64,000 nt of DNA from the IMG/VR virus record IMGVR_UViG_3300017651_000001, positions 3,937 to 67,936 of that record; one strand, given 5' to 3'. Of this stretch, positions 27,112 through 36,371 are shown piece by piece. Below the pieces are notes generated by a model, which was not told the DNA's origin, searched no databases, and was given only the letters and a program-made list of their open reading frames with translations. Numbering within the stretch: position 1 is the stretch's first letter; each line of letters begins with the position of its first letter. The translations under genes and the position numbers were made by a program. The stretch is from a virus. Its lineage: Duplodnaviria > Caudoviricetes.

Positions 27112-28125
27112 GTGGCGTGGACTCAACAACTCCCCTCGGGAAACTGGCGCGGCCTGTATCGCGGCCCGGACGGCAAGACCCGCTCAGCAGGCACGCATCC
27201 GCACAAGGCGAAAGCGCTCGCCCTTGCGATCGAGCAGGAGGAGCGTGCCAGCCTGCCTGGCTGGCGCGACCCTCGGGCCGCCGGGCGGAAATGGGGCGAC
27301 TGGTGCGACGTGTGGTGGGAGACGCGGAACGTGGCGCCGGGGACGATGAAGCGCGACCAGTCGCCGCTCGAGAGGCATATCAAGCCGTACTGGCGCGACA
27401 AGCCGCTCGCCGACATCACCCGGCATGACGTGAAGGCGTGGGCGGCGCGCATGCGCCGCGAGGGCCTCGCCGAGTCCAGCGTGCTCCGCTACGTCAGCAT
27501 ATTCTCCGCCTCACTGACGGCCGCCGTTGACGCCGAGATACTGTCGGCTAACCCGGCGATGCGGCTGAAGCTGCCGAACGGCGAAGTGGATGTAATGCGG
27601 TTCCTCACCCGCAAGGAGGTGAAGAAGATCCTCCGCGCGACACAGGACGACCGCGACAAGGCGATAATCTCGACCCTGGTCGGGTGCGGGCTCCGCTGGG
27701 GCGAGATGGCCGGCCTCCAGGCGAAGCGAGTCGACATGAAGGCGGGCATGATCCGTGTCGCCGAGACCTGGGACTCCCGCAACCGACAACTCAAGCGCTA
27801 CCCGAAGGGTCGCCGCATCCGCGACGTGCCTCTGCCGCCGAACGTCGCCGAGCGGCTCGAACCGTACCTCTCTCGGCCGATCCTGTTCGAGGGGGTCGAC
27901 ATCGACAACTGGCGCAAGCGGGTCTGGGACGACCTGCCGACCGATGCGCGCATCCACGATCTGCGGCACACCTACGCCTCCTGGCTCCTCCAGAAGGGCG
28001 TCGGCCTGGCTGAGGTTGGACGGCTCCTCGGGCACGCCTCGCCGTCCACCACGCAGCGCTACGCCTTCCTGGCGGAAACGCCGAAGAAGGCGGTCCTGGA
28101 GGCCATCGGAGACCTCGGTGTGTAG
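27112..28125 (+). CDS. int: Tyrosine integrase
   Basis: GLRWGE, HDLRH, LLGH, TQRY catalytic residues. Confidence 0.95.
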   Translation: MAWTQQLPSGNWRGLYRGPDGKTRSAGTHPHKAKALALAIEQEERASLPGWRDPRAAGRKWGDWCDVWWETRNVAPGTMKRDQSPLERHIKPYWRDKPLADITRHDVKAWAARMRREGLAESSVLRYVSIFSASLTAAVDAEILSANPAMRLKLPNGEVDVMRFLTRKEVKKILRATQDDRDKAIISTLVGCGLRWGEMAGLQAKRVDMKAGMIRVAETWDSRNRQLKRYPKGRRIRDVPLPPNVAERLEPYLSRPILFEGVDIDNWRKRVWDDLPTDARIHDLRHTYASWLLQKGVGLAEVGRLLGHASPSTTQRYAFLAETPKKAVLEAIGDLGV

Positions 28126-28368
28126 CAGAACGTGTAGCGGCGAGGCGCGACACGCCGCAACTTGGATTGTTGACTCATGCTCGGTGCGACCTCGCGAAGC
28201 CGCGTAATCACGCGGATCATGCCCGCTTTTCCACCCGACTCAACAAGAGTGAACATGCCGGTATCTCGTTCGCAATGAGAAGGTCAGGGGTTCGAATCCC
28301 CTCAGGTCCACCGGAAAATCAAGGGCTCCCCGTCACTGGGGAGCCCTTCGTGTAGCAGGCGTGTAGCG
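28120..28368 (+). other. attP: core is the 3' half of tRNA-Ala(CGC) at 28264-28312, flanked by paired arm-type repeats GTGTAGC
   Basis: TCTCG-TTCGCAA-TGAGA anticodon arm, AGGGG-TTCGAAT-CCCCT T arm; GTGTAGCAG..CGTGTAGCG at 28120-28139 and 28350-28368. Confidence 0.9.
28321..28348. terminator. Hairpin terminator after the attP core
   Basis: AAGGGCTCCCC/GGGGAGCCCTT. Confidence 0.75.
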
Positions 28369-28371
28369 AGG

Positions 28372-30339
28372 TCACACCAGCGGAACCGTGACGCCGCCCT
28401 GCCGGATCGCCATTCCGGTCACCGGGACGGTCTCGCCGTTTATGCGCACAGCAACTCCGGTGAACGTCACCGTGGAGCCGCCGATCCGCCCCTTGAGGGT
28501 TGGACTGCTCGGTGTGGGGGCAACCACCTCGAGCGTCACCCGCGACACGTCCGACGTGTCGTACCCGGTGAAACCGATAGTGATCTCTTCGCCGGTGTCG
28601 GTGACCTCAACCCACCCGTACTGTGCGACGAGGGTCCCCTCACCTGCCGGGTGGTGCCCCTCCGACCAGAGGTTCGTGAACTCGGGCGGCTCGTCGATAG
28701 TGCCTTTCCACGATGACGTGTTGCGGAACGGGCCAGCGCATAGCGACGGGAATCCGCCCCACGGGTTGTGGGAGCCGTCGTCCGCCGCGATCCCGTGAAT
28801 GTCGCCGTGGATCGTGATGACCCGCCCCACAGCGGACTCAGCAATGTAGTCGCCGAGCTCTTCCCGTTCCTCCGGGAACTCCTTCCACTGGTCGGCTTCG
28901 CCGTCGTAGTCGGGCACGATCCACGCGGAATCCTGCACCCACACCTTAACCGGCTCCGGCTCAACCAGTCGCTCCTTGAACCACGCCTTTTGGGTGGTGC
29001 CCATCTTCGACGTTGACGTGGTGAGGGTGCGGTGGTCGGTGACGATGAACCGCACCCGGCCAACGACGAACGAGTGGTAGAGGGCGTCACTGTTGGGGAG
29101 GGTCGGGTACGGGAACACCTGCTTGTTCGCCGCGAGCATGGGCGCGGTCCACGCGCCGATCTGCGGGTCGCCGCCGTCCGACGAATCATGGTCGGACAGG
29201 ACGCGGGTGGTGGGGGTGGTGGCGAGCAGCGTCCGCAGCGCCTCCGTGTCGTCGAGAACAGCCTCGAGGTCAGCGAGATGGGACGCCTGCGACGTGGACG
29301 TGGAGTCCGGGTAGCCGAAATCGCCCAGGTGGAAGAACAGGTCCGGGTCGCGGGCGAGGATTCGCGCGAACGCGGGCGTGATGTCCTCAGCGGGGTCGTC
29401 GCAGGAACCAAAAGCGAGAGTGAACGACGCCGGCTGCCCAGGGGTGGGGAGAGTGCGGGGGGACCCCATCAGGGCGGTCAGGTGGGGGGTTTCGTCCGTG
29501 TCCTCCATCTCCACCATGTAGTGGTACTGGGTGGCGGGGTCCAGACCGGTCACGACGGACTCGCACCACCCATCCCCGTCCGGGGTGTTCTGCGTCCCGT
29601 ACGTGACATCCTCGGTGACGGCTTCGTCCGTGCCGACCTTGACCCGCACTGCCGCAGCGTTGGTCGTTTTCGTGCGAACCGTGAACCCCTCATCTGTGAC
29701 GGCACCGACGATCGCGTAGGCGAGCGCGGGGGTAGCGGTCCCCCCGTACAGGAGGAGCGTGAGCGCGTGCGGCTCGTACTGGGCGGGAACGGTCCACGCC
29801 GCGGTGCCCACCGACCCCGCGGACACCTCCTGTTCCGCGACACCGACCGACGCGGACCAGCCCCCGCTCTGGTGAGGCTGCACCTGCTGGGCGCGATTCA
29901 GGGTCGCGGCGGTCGGGTAGCCGAGCGGCGACGTGGAGTCGTTCAGGTCGAACACGGCCCGCACACAGCGGGCTTCATCGGTCGCGGTCGCCGCCGGGGA
30001 CGTGACGGAGTGCTGGTCCATGAGCGCGGTTCCAGTGACGCCCGTGTAGCCGCGCACCAGAACCGCAACAGGGTTCGTAGCAGATGACGGCGCATACGAC
30101 CACGACGATCCAGGCGCGCCTGTTGACTCGAACAGCCAGTATCCAGGGTCCGAGGTCGGGGACGTGCCGTCCTCCGCCCACGACTTCACCAGCGTCCACC
30201 CGGACGGCGCGGTTACCGCTTCGTGCCCCGCCGCAACCAGCGCGATCCAGTAGTCGGCACCCGCGGGAGGGGTGACATTGAACGAACCGTCGCCAACGCG
30301 ACCACCAGTCGCCGTCCCAACAACGCTAGGAATCGCCAT
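28372..30339 (-). CDS. Probable virion protein with a PhoD-like phosphatase/phosphodiesterase domain
   Basis: FGSC, DLFFHLGDFGYPD, SDHD, TDHRT, HGDIH; FN3-like YHYMV segment; no signal peptide. Confidence 0.8.
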   Translation of the reverse strand: MAIPSVVGTATGGRVGDGSFNVTPPAGADYWIALVAAGHEAVTAPSGWTLVKSWAEDGTSPTSDPGYWLFESTGAPGSSWSYAPSSATNPVAVLVRGYTGVTGTALMDQHSVTSPAATATDEARCVRAVFDLNDSTSPLGYPTAATLNRAQQVQPHQSGGWSASVGVAEQEVSAGSVGTAAWTVPAQYEPHALTLLLYGGTATPALAYAIVGAVTDEGFTVRTKTTNAAAVRVKVGTDEAVTEDVTYGTQNTPDGDGWCESVVTGLDPATQYHYMVEMEDTDETPHLTALMGSPRTLPTPGQPASFTLAFGSCDDPAEDITPAFARILARDPDLFFHLGDFGYPDSTSTSQASHLADLEAVLDDTEALRTLLATTPTTRVLSDHDSSDGGDPQIGAWTAPMLAANKQVFPYPTLPNSDALYHSFVVGRVRFIVTDHRTLTTSTSKMGTTQKAWFKERLVEPEPVKVWVQDSAWIVPDYDGEADQWKEFPEEREELGDYIAESAVGRVITIHGDIHGIAADDGSHNPWGGFPSLCAGPFRNTSSWKGTIDEPPEFTNLWSEGHHPAGEGTLVAQYGWVEVTDTGEEITIGFTGYDTSDVSRVTLEVVAPTPSSPTLKGRIGGSTVTFTGVAVRINGETVPVTGMAIRQGGVTVPLV

Positions 30340-30342
30340 GCG

Positions 30343-31788
30343 TCACGCCCCCGTATAGAGGAAGATCGTCCCGTCGGGGTAGGAGGACTCGTCCACCGGG
30401 TCGACGATGAACTTCGCCGCCAGGCCAGCAGGCGTCACGGCCCGAGCGGTGTCGGTTCCCGCGACAGCCTCGGCCGTCGTGGCGAGTTCGACGATGCCCT
30501 GCGCGCTCGTGGAGGCGGCGGGGAGGCTCGCCCAGGCGGTGTCGAAGTCGGTGCTCGACTCCTTGCGGAGCCACTGGCCGCTCGTGCCGCCCTCGGGGAC
30601 ACCCTCGCCGTCAGCGCCATCCGCACCGTCGGAACCGTTGGCGCCGTCAGCGCCAGCCGGGCCTGTGATGTCATCGAGGTCGACGAGGTTCTGCCACTCG
30701 CCTTCGCCGAGTCGCCACTGGATGAAGCCGCTGTCGACGCGGAGGGACACCTCCTCGCCGTCGGCACCCGGCGCACCCGTGGCACCGTCAGCTCCATCCG
30801 CTCCATCGGCACCCGCGGGGCCGGTGATGACGCTCAGCGCGACGAGATCGGTCCACTCGGTCTCGCCGACGTAGCGCCACTGGACGTGAGTCGCGCTCGT
30901 CTGGAGTTCGACCTCGCGGCCATCCGCGCCATCCGCACCCGCAGCGCCGGGATCTCCGGGATCGCCCTTCTCGCCCTGCGGGCCCTGGATGGTGCCGACG
31001 TTCTCCCAGTCCTCGCCGGTCCACACGTACAGGTCGCCGCCGATCAGGTAGGCGTCGCCAGCCTCGCCGGAGACGGGCAGCTCGCCCTCGCTCTCGAGCG
31101 ACCCGAGGATCGTGACCCCGGTGCCATCCTCGCCCTTCTCACCCTTCTCGCCCTGCGGACCCTGCGGGCCGGTGATGTCGTCCAGAGAGACGAGCTGGCT
31201 CCACGCCTCATCCGAGGGGTACTTCCACTCGATGTAGCCGGAGTCGACGCGGAGTTCCGGCGACTCGCCATCAGCACCGTCGGCGCCATCGGAGCCGTCG
31301 GCCCCATTGGAGCCGTTCGCGCCGGCGGGGCCGGTGATGTCCTCGAGCGACACGAGCTGCGTCCAGGTCGAGTCGGACGGGTACTTCCACTCGATGTAGC
31401 CGCCACTCACGCGGAGTTCCGGTGACTCGCCGTCTGCACCATCCGCGCCATCGGCGCCGGGCTCGCCGGGCGTGCCGGAGACGGACGAGATCTCCTCAGC
31501 CGTCTTGGCGCTCGACCAAACGCTCGACTCCGACGTGGCGTCATCGTTGATGACCGCGCCCTCGATCGGGTTCTCGGCGAGATAGTCGGCAATTGCCTGA
31601 CCGATCGCCTCTTCGCTGATGTCGGCGCCGATCTGCGATAGGTTGTCGAAGGTGTCGACGCCGTTCCCGACGTAGAGCGTGTTCGTGTCGGTGACGTAGC
31701 CAACTTCGCCCGAGGCGAGGACGGGATTCGCGGACGCCCACTGGGCGGCAGTTCCGCGACGGAACTGGATGAGTGCGTTGCGAGGCAT
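30343..31788 (-). CDS. Collagen-like fibre protein
   Basis: IQFRRGTAAQW..NPVLA.GE N-terminus, Gly-X-Y tracts, four LRV..G.I.W-type repeats, GIVELAT repeat. Confidence 0.85.
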   Translation of the reverse strand: MPRNALIQFRRGTAAQWASANPVLASGEVGYVTDTNTLYVGNGVDTFDNLSQIGADISEEAIGQAIADYLAENPIEGAVINDDATSESSVWSSAKTAEEISSVSGTPGEPGADGADGADGESPELRVSGGYIEWKYPSDSTWTQLVSLEDITGPAGANGSNGADGSDGADGADGESPELRVDSGYIEWKYPSDEAWSQLVSLDDITGPQGPQGEKGEKGEDGTGVTILGSLESEGELPVSGEAGDAYLIGGDLYVWTGEDWENVGTIQGPQGEKGDPGDPGAAGADGADGREVELQTSATHVQWRYVGETEWTDLVALSVITGPAGADGADGADGATGAPGADGEEVSLRVDSGFIQWRLGEGEWQNLVDLDDITGPAGADGANGSDGADGADGEGVPEGGTSGQWLRKESSTDFDTAWASLPAASTSAQGIVELATTAEAVAGTDTARAVTPAGLAAKFIVDPVDESSYPDGTIFLYTGA

Positions 31789-31824
31789 TACGGAGAACCT
31801 CCGTCAAGGATGTCGGGGCCGTCG

Positions 31825-32286
31825 TCACCCGCCTTGGGGGGGAGGGCACGGCGACGAGACGGGCCAAGGCGAAGCCTCGACCCGGCGAATGGGGGAGCAG
31901 GCTCGCCCTGCGAATGGGACGATCTGGAAGAAGGCGTCCGCCTCGGCCGATTCCTCGGCGTCGGCTTCGGCGATGAACATCTTGGCGATGCTGATGAGAT
32001 CGCCCGAGCGGTTCTTCGTGTCGAGGGCCAGGTCGTCAGTCTTGATCGACCGGCCCTGCTGCGCGTACTGCGCGGCCAGTTGCAGGTAGAGCTGCGCCGC
32101 CGCGCGCTTGAGGTTGTCGCCGTTCGTGGCGATCGCGACAGCGAGCGAGTCGTCGCTCCACACCGCGTAGTCGGCGAGGCCGAACTGCGGCGGGTCGAGG
32201 GGCTTGGAGGCGGTGTCGCCGACGATCAGGCGGAGCTGGCCGACCGTCGACGAGGTGTCGATTGGGGTGGCGCCGATGTTGGGCAT
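31825..32286 (-). CDS. Head-to-tail adaptor
   Basis: VGQLRLIVGDT...SDD...IKTDDL. Confidence 0.75.
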   Translation of the reverse strand: MPNIGATPIDTSSTVGQLRLIVGDTASKPLDPPQFGLADYAVWSDDSLAVAIATNGDNLKRAAAQLYLQLAAQYAQQGRSIKTDDLALDTKNRSGDLISIAKMFIAEADAEESAEADAFFQIVPFAGRACSPIRRVEASPWPVSSPCPPPQGG

Positions 32287-32735
32287 CAGGGGGTGCCTCC
32301 GTCCATGAGGGTGATGCCCGTTCCGCCGGACGCGGCGACCGGGACGGCCGTAGCCAGGTCCACAGTCGCGCCGGATGGGGCGTTGAAGTTGAACGAGATG
32401 CTCGGGAACGAGGGGCCGCTGATCTCGACCTTGTAGGTCCAGCCGTAGGGCGTCATGTCCTCGTCATCGGTGGCGACGAGCGTCAGCCCAGCGTTCCCGT
32501 CCGGGTCGACCAGGACGCCATCCGAGTCGGTCGCGCAGATGATCGGGTCGAGGATCACAATGGCGGGCGGGTCGGCTTCTGGCACACGGACGACATTGGT
32601 CGAGGCGGTGAACTTCACCGTGAGCCCCTCGATCGGCACACCGTCCGGCTCCGAACCCTCGTCATCCGTGTCGCCGATGGCGCGAATGAACCGCCCAGTG
32701 ACAGTGCAGAACGAGAGATTCGCGGGAAGCGCCAT
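32286..32735 (-). CDS. Hypothetical virion protein
   Basis: Structural operon; beta-rich. Confidence 0.6.
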   Translation of the reverse strand: MALPANLSFCTVTGRFIRAIGDTDDEGSEPDGVPIEGLTVKFTASTNVVRVPEADPPAIVILDPIICATDSDGVLVDPDGNAGLTLVATDDEDMTPYGWTYKVEISGPSFPSISFNFNAPSGATVDLATAVPVAASGGTGITLMDGGTP

Positions 32736-32786
32736 GATGCCAATTTTAGTGGACTAAACCAGCGTCCCTCCGGCCGCCGGACATGG

Positions 32787-32829
32787 CTCGGCCCCCTCGA
32801 AGACGCAGAGTCGATCCGAGGGGGCCGAG
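32787..32829 (-). terminator. Hairpin after the capsid genes
   Basis: CTCGGCCCCCTCG/CGAGGGGGCCGAG. Confidence 0.6.
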
Positions 32830-32844
32830 TATTGCAGTTGCTGG

Positions 32845-33069
32845 TTACGCCTCGGGCTCGGTCAGGATGCCGGCCGCGACGAGCGCGTTCACGACGGCCT
32901 GAAGGTCGGCCGCAACGGCGCCCGCGTCGGCGGGGTCGTCGTCGATGACCGGGGCCTCCTGCGGCTCGAAAGCCGCGGGAGCGTCGCCAACGATGACGAA
33001 CGGCTGCGGGTCGACGTTGGGCGTCGGGTTGGCGCCATACGTGACGCTGATCGGCTTGGGGTCTGCCAT
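32845..33069 (-). CDS. Small head fibre/decoration protein
   Basis: DLQAVVNALVAAGIL C-terminus. Confidence 0.6.
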   Translation of the reverse strand: MADPKPISVTYGANPTPNVDPQPFVIVGDAPAAFEPQEAPVIDDDPADAGAVAADLQAVVNALVAAGILTEPEA

Positions 33070-33123
33070 GTGCTTCTCCTTCGGCTAGGGGCCGGGGTGG
33101 TTAGCCCCGGCCCGTCAGCGTAA

Positions 33124-34257
33124 TCAGGCTTCGCCGTCGCCGTCCGACTTGACGACGTAGGTGTCATCCCAGAGGACCGCACCCGTGAACATCCGCAGGC
33201 GGAAGCTCGCCGTGTCGTTGTCGAAGCCGCCCTCCCAGATGCCGACCTTGCCGCCACCGGGGAAGTAGCCCTGGTCCGAACGGACGCGGATCTCGGCCTG
33301 CTCGTAGCCACGGAGCGTGAGGCGCTCCAGGACCGGGCGGCGAGTCGTGCCGGGCTTCGGGTAGATGTACCAGGCGGTGCCGGTCACGCGGTCGGACTCG
33401 ATGATCGTCACGTTCGGGAAGAGCGCCTGAAGCTCGGCGTCGGGGCCGAGGGTGAGGGCACCGTCCTGGACGGAGATCACGCGACCGAGCTGCGCGATGT
33501 CGTACTCGAGGAACCGCTTGCGGCCCGGAGCGACGATCACGTTGTAGCCCGAGATGGAGCCGACCTTGCGGCCGTTCACCGTCGAGTTCTCGATCTGCTC
33601 GACCGCCGCGATGATCGACAGCGCGCCGACCGGGGCATTGACCGGGATCGAGGTGCCGTCGAGCAGCGTCGCCGAGCCGAGGACCGTCTGCGTCGACTCG
33701 AGCGCGTCGAAGATCTCCGCGTAGTGGGTGTCGACGACCGTCTGGCCGAAGGCGCCCGGCAGGGACTCGATCTCGCCGAGCACGTCGTTGATGACGGCCT
33801 CGAACGTCACGTCGGCACGGAAACCGCGCTTGCTGAGCTTCGAGTAGTAGGCTTCCTCGTCGCTCGACACGGTGACGTGCGGGTACGGGGCGCCCTCGGG
33901 CACGATCGCCGCAGCGCCGTGCTCGTCGACACCAGCACCCTCGACGCCTGCGTTGGCCCACAGGCCACGCAGCACGACCGGGTTGAAGTCCTTGACGCTG
34001 CGGACGCCCGCGAGACCGTCGATGTCCTTCAGATCCTCCGGGAGCTGCGGGATCATCTCGATGTTCGCGAGGTGCGCGATCGAGAAGGCCAGGTCCGACG
34101 TGGTGAGCAGCTCGGCGACGCGAGCCTCCTCCACGCGCGAACGGCGGGCCGCCTCGAGCAGACGCTTCGCCTCGAGCACCTTCGTCGGGGTGACGAGCGG
34201 GTGGACCTTCAGGCGACCGTCAAGGTCGAACTTGTTCTTGAATGCTTCGAGCCCCAT
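33124..34257 (-). CDS. Major capsid protein
   Basis: TTSD, VKDF, VPEGAPY, FEAVIND pattern; size and synteny. Confidence 0.85.
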   Translation of the reverse strand: MGLEAFKNKFDLDGRLKVHPLVTPTKVLEAKRLLEAARRSRVEEARVAELLTTSDLAFSIAHLANIEMIPQLPEDLKDIDGLAGVRSVKDFNPVVLRGLWANAGVEGAGVDEHGAAAIVPEGAPYPHVTVSSDEEAYYSKLSKRGFRADVTFEAVINDVLGEIESLPGAFGQTVVDTHYAEIFDALESTQTVLGSATLLDGTSIPVNAPVGALSIIAAVEQIENSTVNGRKVGSISGYNVIVAPGRKRFLEYDIAQLGRVISVQDGALTLGPDAELQALFPNVTIIESDRVTGTAWYIYPKPGTTRRPVLERLTLRGYEQAEIRVRSDQGYFPGGGKVGIWEGGFDNDTASFRLRMFTGAVLWDDTYVVKSDGDGEA

Positions 34258-34259
34258 TG

Positions 34260-34724
34260 TCAGACTCCGATCTTGATGGGGAGAGTGCCGGCGACCTTCT
34301 CGTAGGTGGCCGGGTAGTTGACTTCGCCCACCTTCGTCGCGCTGTCCGACTCGAGCGTCAGGTCGCCGCCCGAGTTCTTGGCGTAGACCGGGGTGCCCTG
34401 CGGGGTGGACGTGGGGACGGGCGTGGTGCCGGACGAGACGATGCCCTCGAACTCCCAGGTGCCGTCGACGGCAACCGGGGCAGCCTGGGTCGCATCAATC
34501 GCCGTGGCCTTGTCGTTGCCGACGCCGCCGGGCTTCACGCGCGAGACCGTGTAGGGGCCAATCTCGATCTCATCCTCGGTCGACAGGTCCGACGTGTTGG
34601 TCAGCGTGACGCCGAAGCGCGAGCCGCGCTTGACCAGCGTGCGGGCCGGAGCCGCGGCCCCGATGTCCCAGATCTCGACCTGGGAGCCCGTGTGCGAGAA
34701 TACTTCCTGCGTTGCGACGGCCAT
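34260..34724 (-). CDS. Capsid decoration / minor capsid protein
   Basis: Between protease and capsid genes; DGTWEF, GTPVY. Confidence 0.6.
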   Translation of the reverse strand: MAVATQEVFSHTGSQVEIWDIGAAAPARTLVKRGSRFGVTLTNTSDLSTEDEIEIGPYTVSRVKPGGVGNDKATAIDATQAAPVAVDGTWEFEGIVSSGTTPVPTSTPQGTPVYAKNSGGDLTLESDSATKVGEVNYPATYEKVAGTLPIKIGV

Positions 34725-35674
34725 CAGCGCCTACCTCCGAAGTTGAAGGAGAAGTCCGCGTCGGTCTCACCAGCGGCCTTCTCGATGACGTAGCCGGGCG
34801 CGGTCACGCCGGCAGCCTTCGCCTCGGCGACAACCGCCTTCGCCTCCTCGATCAGGGGGGCAACATCCTCGCCGCGCTTGGCGGCTTCGAGGATGCGCTT
34901 CTCCTGCGAGGGGAGCAGCTCCGCGTCGGAGACGGCCTTGACCGCGGCCGAGTACGACTCGATCGCGGCCTCCTTCTCCTGCGCGGCGGCGTCGGCCTGA
35001 GCCTTCGCCTCGGCCACCGCGGCTTCCGCGGCTGCCTTCTGCTCGTTGACGAACGCGATCACCGGGGCAAGATCGGCCTTGAGGGCGTTGAGCGCCTCGA
35101 GAACCTTCTCATCCATTGGATTTCGTTCCTTATCTCCGGGCGCCGCGGTGGCACCAGGCTGGTTACCCTGGGGGAGACCCAGGGAAGACTCGACGATGGC
35201 GGCGTTGCGCGCCGACTCGTACAACTTCTCGACGATCCCCGAACCCTCCAGGCCGGGGAACGACACCAGGTCGACAGAGTTCGTCCGGTGCGGAATGAGC
35301 TTCGTGACGTTACCGTCTTCGTCGATATCGCCCATCATGTAGATCGAGAGTCCGGTGTGCTCGGCGATTGTCTCGATCAGGTTCTTGTAGTGCGGGAACA
35401 CCTCGAGTTCCGAGACGAGACCGACGCCCTCCTCGTACCACGCACCATCGGGGTAGAAGCCGAACATGTCGCGGGGGTCGCGCTTCTCATCGTGATTGAT
35501 GAACGCCTTCGACTTCGGCGGCAGGGCGGCGGGGCCATACTCGCGGAGCACGCTCTCGCTGTAGTAGCCCGATGACCCCTGCTGGTCACCCTTGGCGAGC
35601 ACAACGCGCCAGCGATTGCCGCTCTTTTGCAGGGTCGACGCAGTGGTCTCCACGAGCTGCTTCTGAACGGCCAT
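34724..35674 (-). CDS. Capsid maturation protease fused to scaffold
   Basis: GSSGYY, FINH, GLSI, SVDLV protease motifs; Ala/Glu-rich helical C-terminus. Confidence 0.8.
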   Translation of the reverse strand: MAVQKQLVETTASTLQKSGNRWRVVLAKGDQQGSSGYYSESVLREYGPAALPPKSKAFINHDEKRDPRDMFGFYPDGAWYEEGVGLVSELEVFPHYKNLIETIAEHTGLSIYMMGDIDEDGNVTKLIPHRTNSVDLVSFPGLEGSGIVEKLYESARNAAIVESSLGLPQGNQPGATAAPGDKERNPMDEKVLEALNALKADLAPVIAFVNEQKAAAEAAVAEAKAQADAAAQEKEAAIESYSAAVKAVSDAELLPSQEKRILEAAKRGEDVAPLIEEAKAVVAEAKAAGVTAPGYVIEKAAGETDADFSFNFGGRR

Positions 35675-35702
35675 GTAATCTATCGTAAGGCCGTTTAGTG
35701 GA

Positions 35703-36299
35703 CTAAACGCGGGCTAGGTATGCGATCGCGGCGCGGAGCCTGTCGGGGCTGTCGCCGAACGCCCCAAGCCCGACGTTGCACGGCGAGCACAGTGATCCGC
35801 GCACGCAAGTGCCGCACGAGCGCTCGCCGGGGCAGCAGGCGTGGTCGTGGTCTATGTGGATGCTCTCGAGGGTGAGGGGATCGCCGCAACTATCGCATCG
35901 GCCGCGTCTCACGATCATGTCGAACTGGATCGCAGACAGCCCGTACATGTGAAGCCGGACGTAGTGCCTGTTGCACGCCCCGGCGGCCTTGTAGGCGTTC
36001 TCGCATCCCGTGATGGTGCAAGTCCCGATGGTTCGCTGCTGGATTCGCGAGATGAGGTTCGACCCCCTGCGGGCCATGCGCGCACGGTGCATTCCGCAGA
36101 CAGCGAGGGGCTGGCGGCTATCTGCGCGCTTGCCGCACCCACGCACAGCACAGTATGGCATCTCTCCACCACTGTGTATCTGTCGGGGCGGCGCGTCCAT
36201 GTCCTGGCCCCGCAACTTCCGCTGATAGTGCATCCCGCACAATCCGGCCGCACGGCGGGGCTTTTCACACCACTCGATCGAGCATGTATCCTGATCCAC
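35703..36299 (-). CDS. Endonuclease VII-like homing endonuclease
   Basis: CDSC...IDHDH...VRGSLCSPCN; three CxxH repeats. Confidence 0.85.
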   Translation of the reverse strand: MDQDTCSIEWCEKPRRAAGLCGMHYQRKLRGQDMDAPPRQIHSGGEMPYCAVRGCGKRADSRQPLAVCGMHRARMARRGSNLISRIQQRTIGTCTITGCENAYKAAGACNRHYVRLHMYGLSAIQFDMIVRRGRCDSCGDPLTLESIHIDHDHACCPGERSCGTCVRGSLCSPCNVGLGAFGDSPDRLRAAIAYLARV

Positions 36300-36371
36300 A
36301 TCGACTCCTATCTAGTCGGTCACACCCCCGGTGCTCGCAACACGCGGGGGCCTCCCATGTTAGTGGACTAT

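Noticed and set aside
28264-28312. Functional tRNA-Ala gene
   Set aside because: The 5' acceptor strand and D arm are missing; it is the attP core
30600-31470. Repeats in the collagen gene as a mobile or regulatory array
   Set aside because: Explained by Gly-X-Y tracts and repeated protein domains
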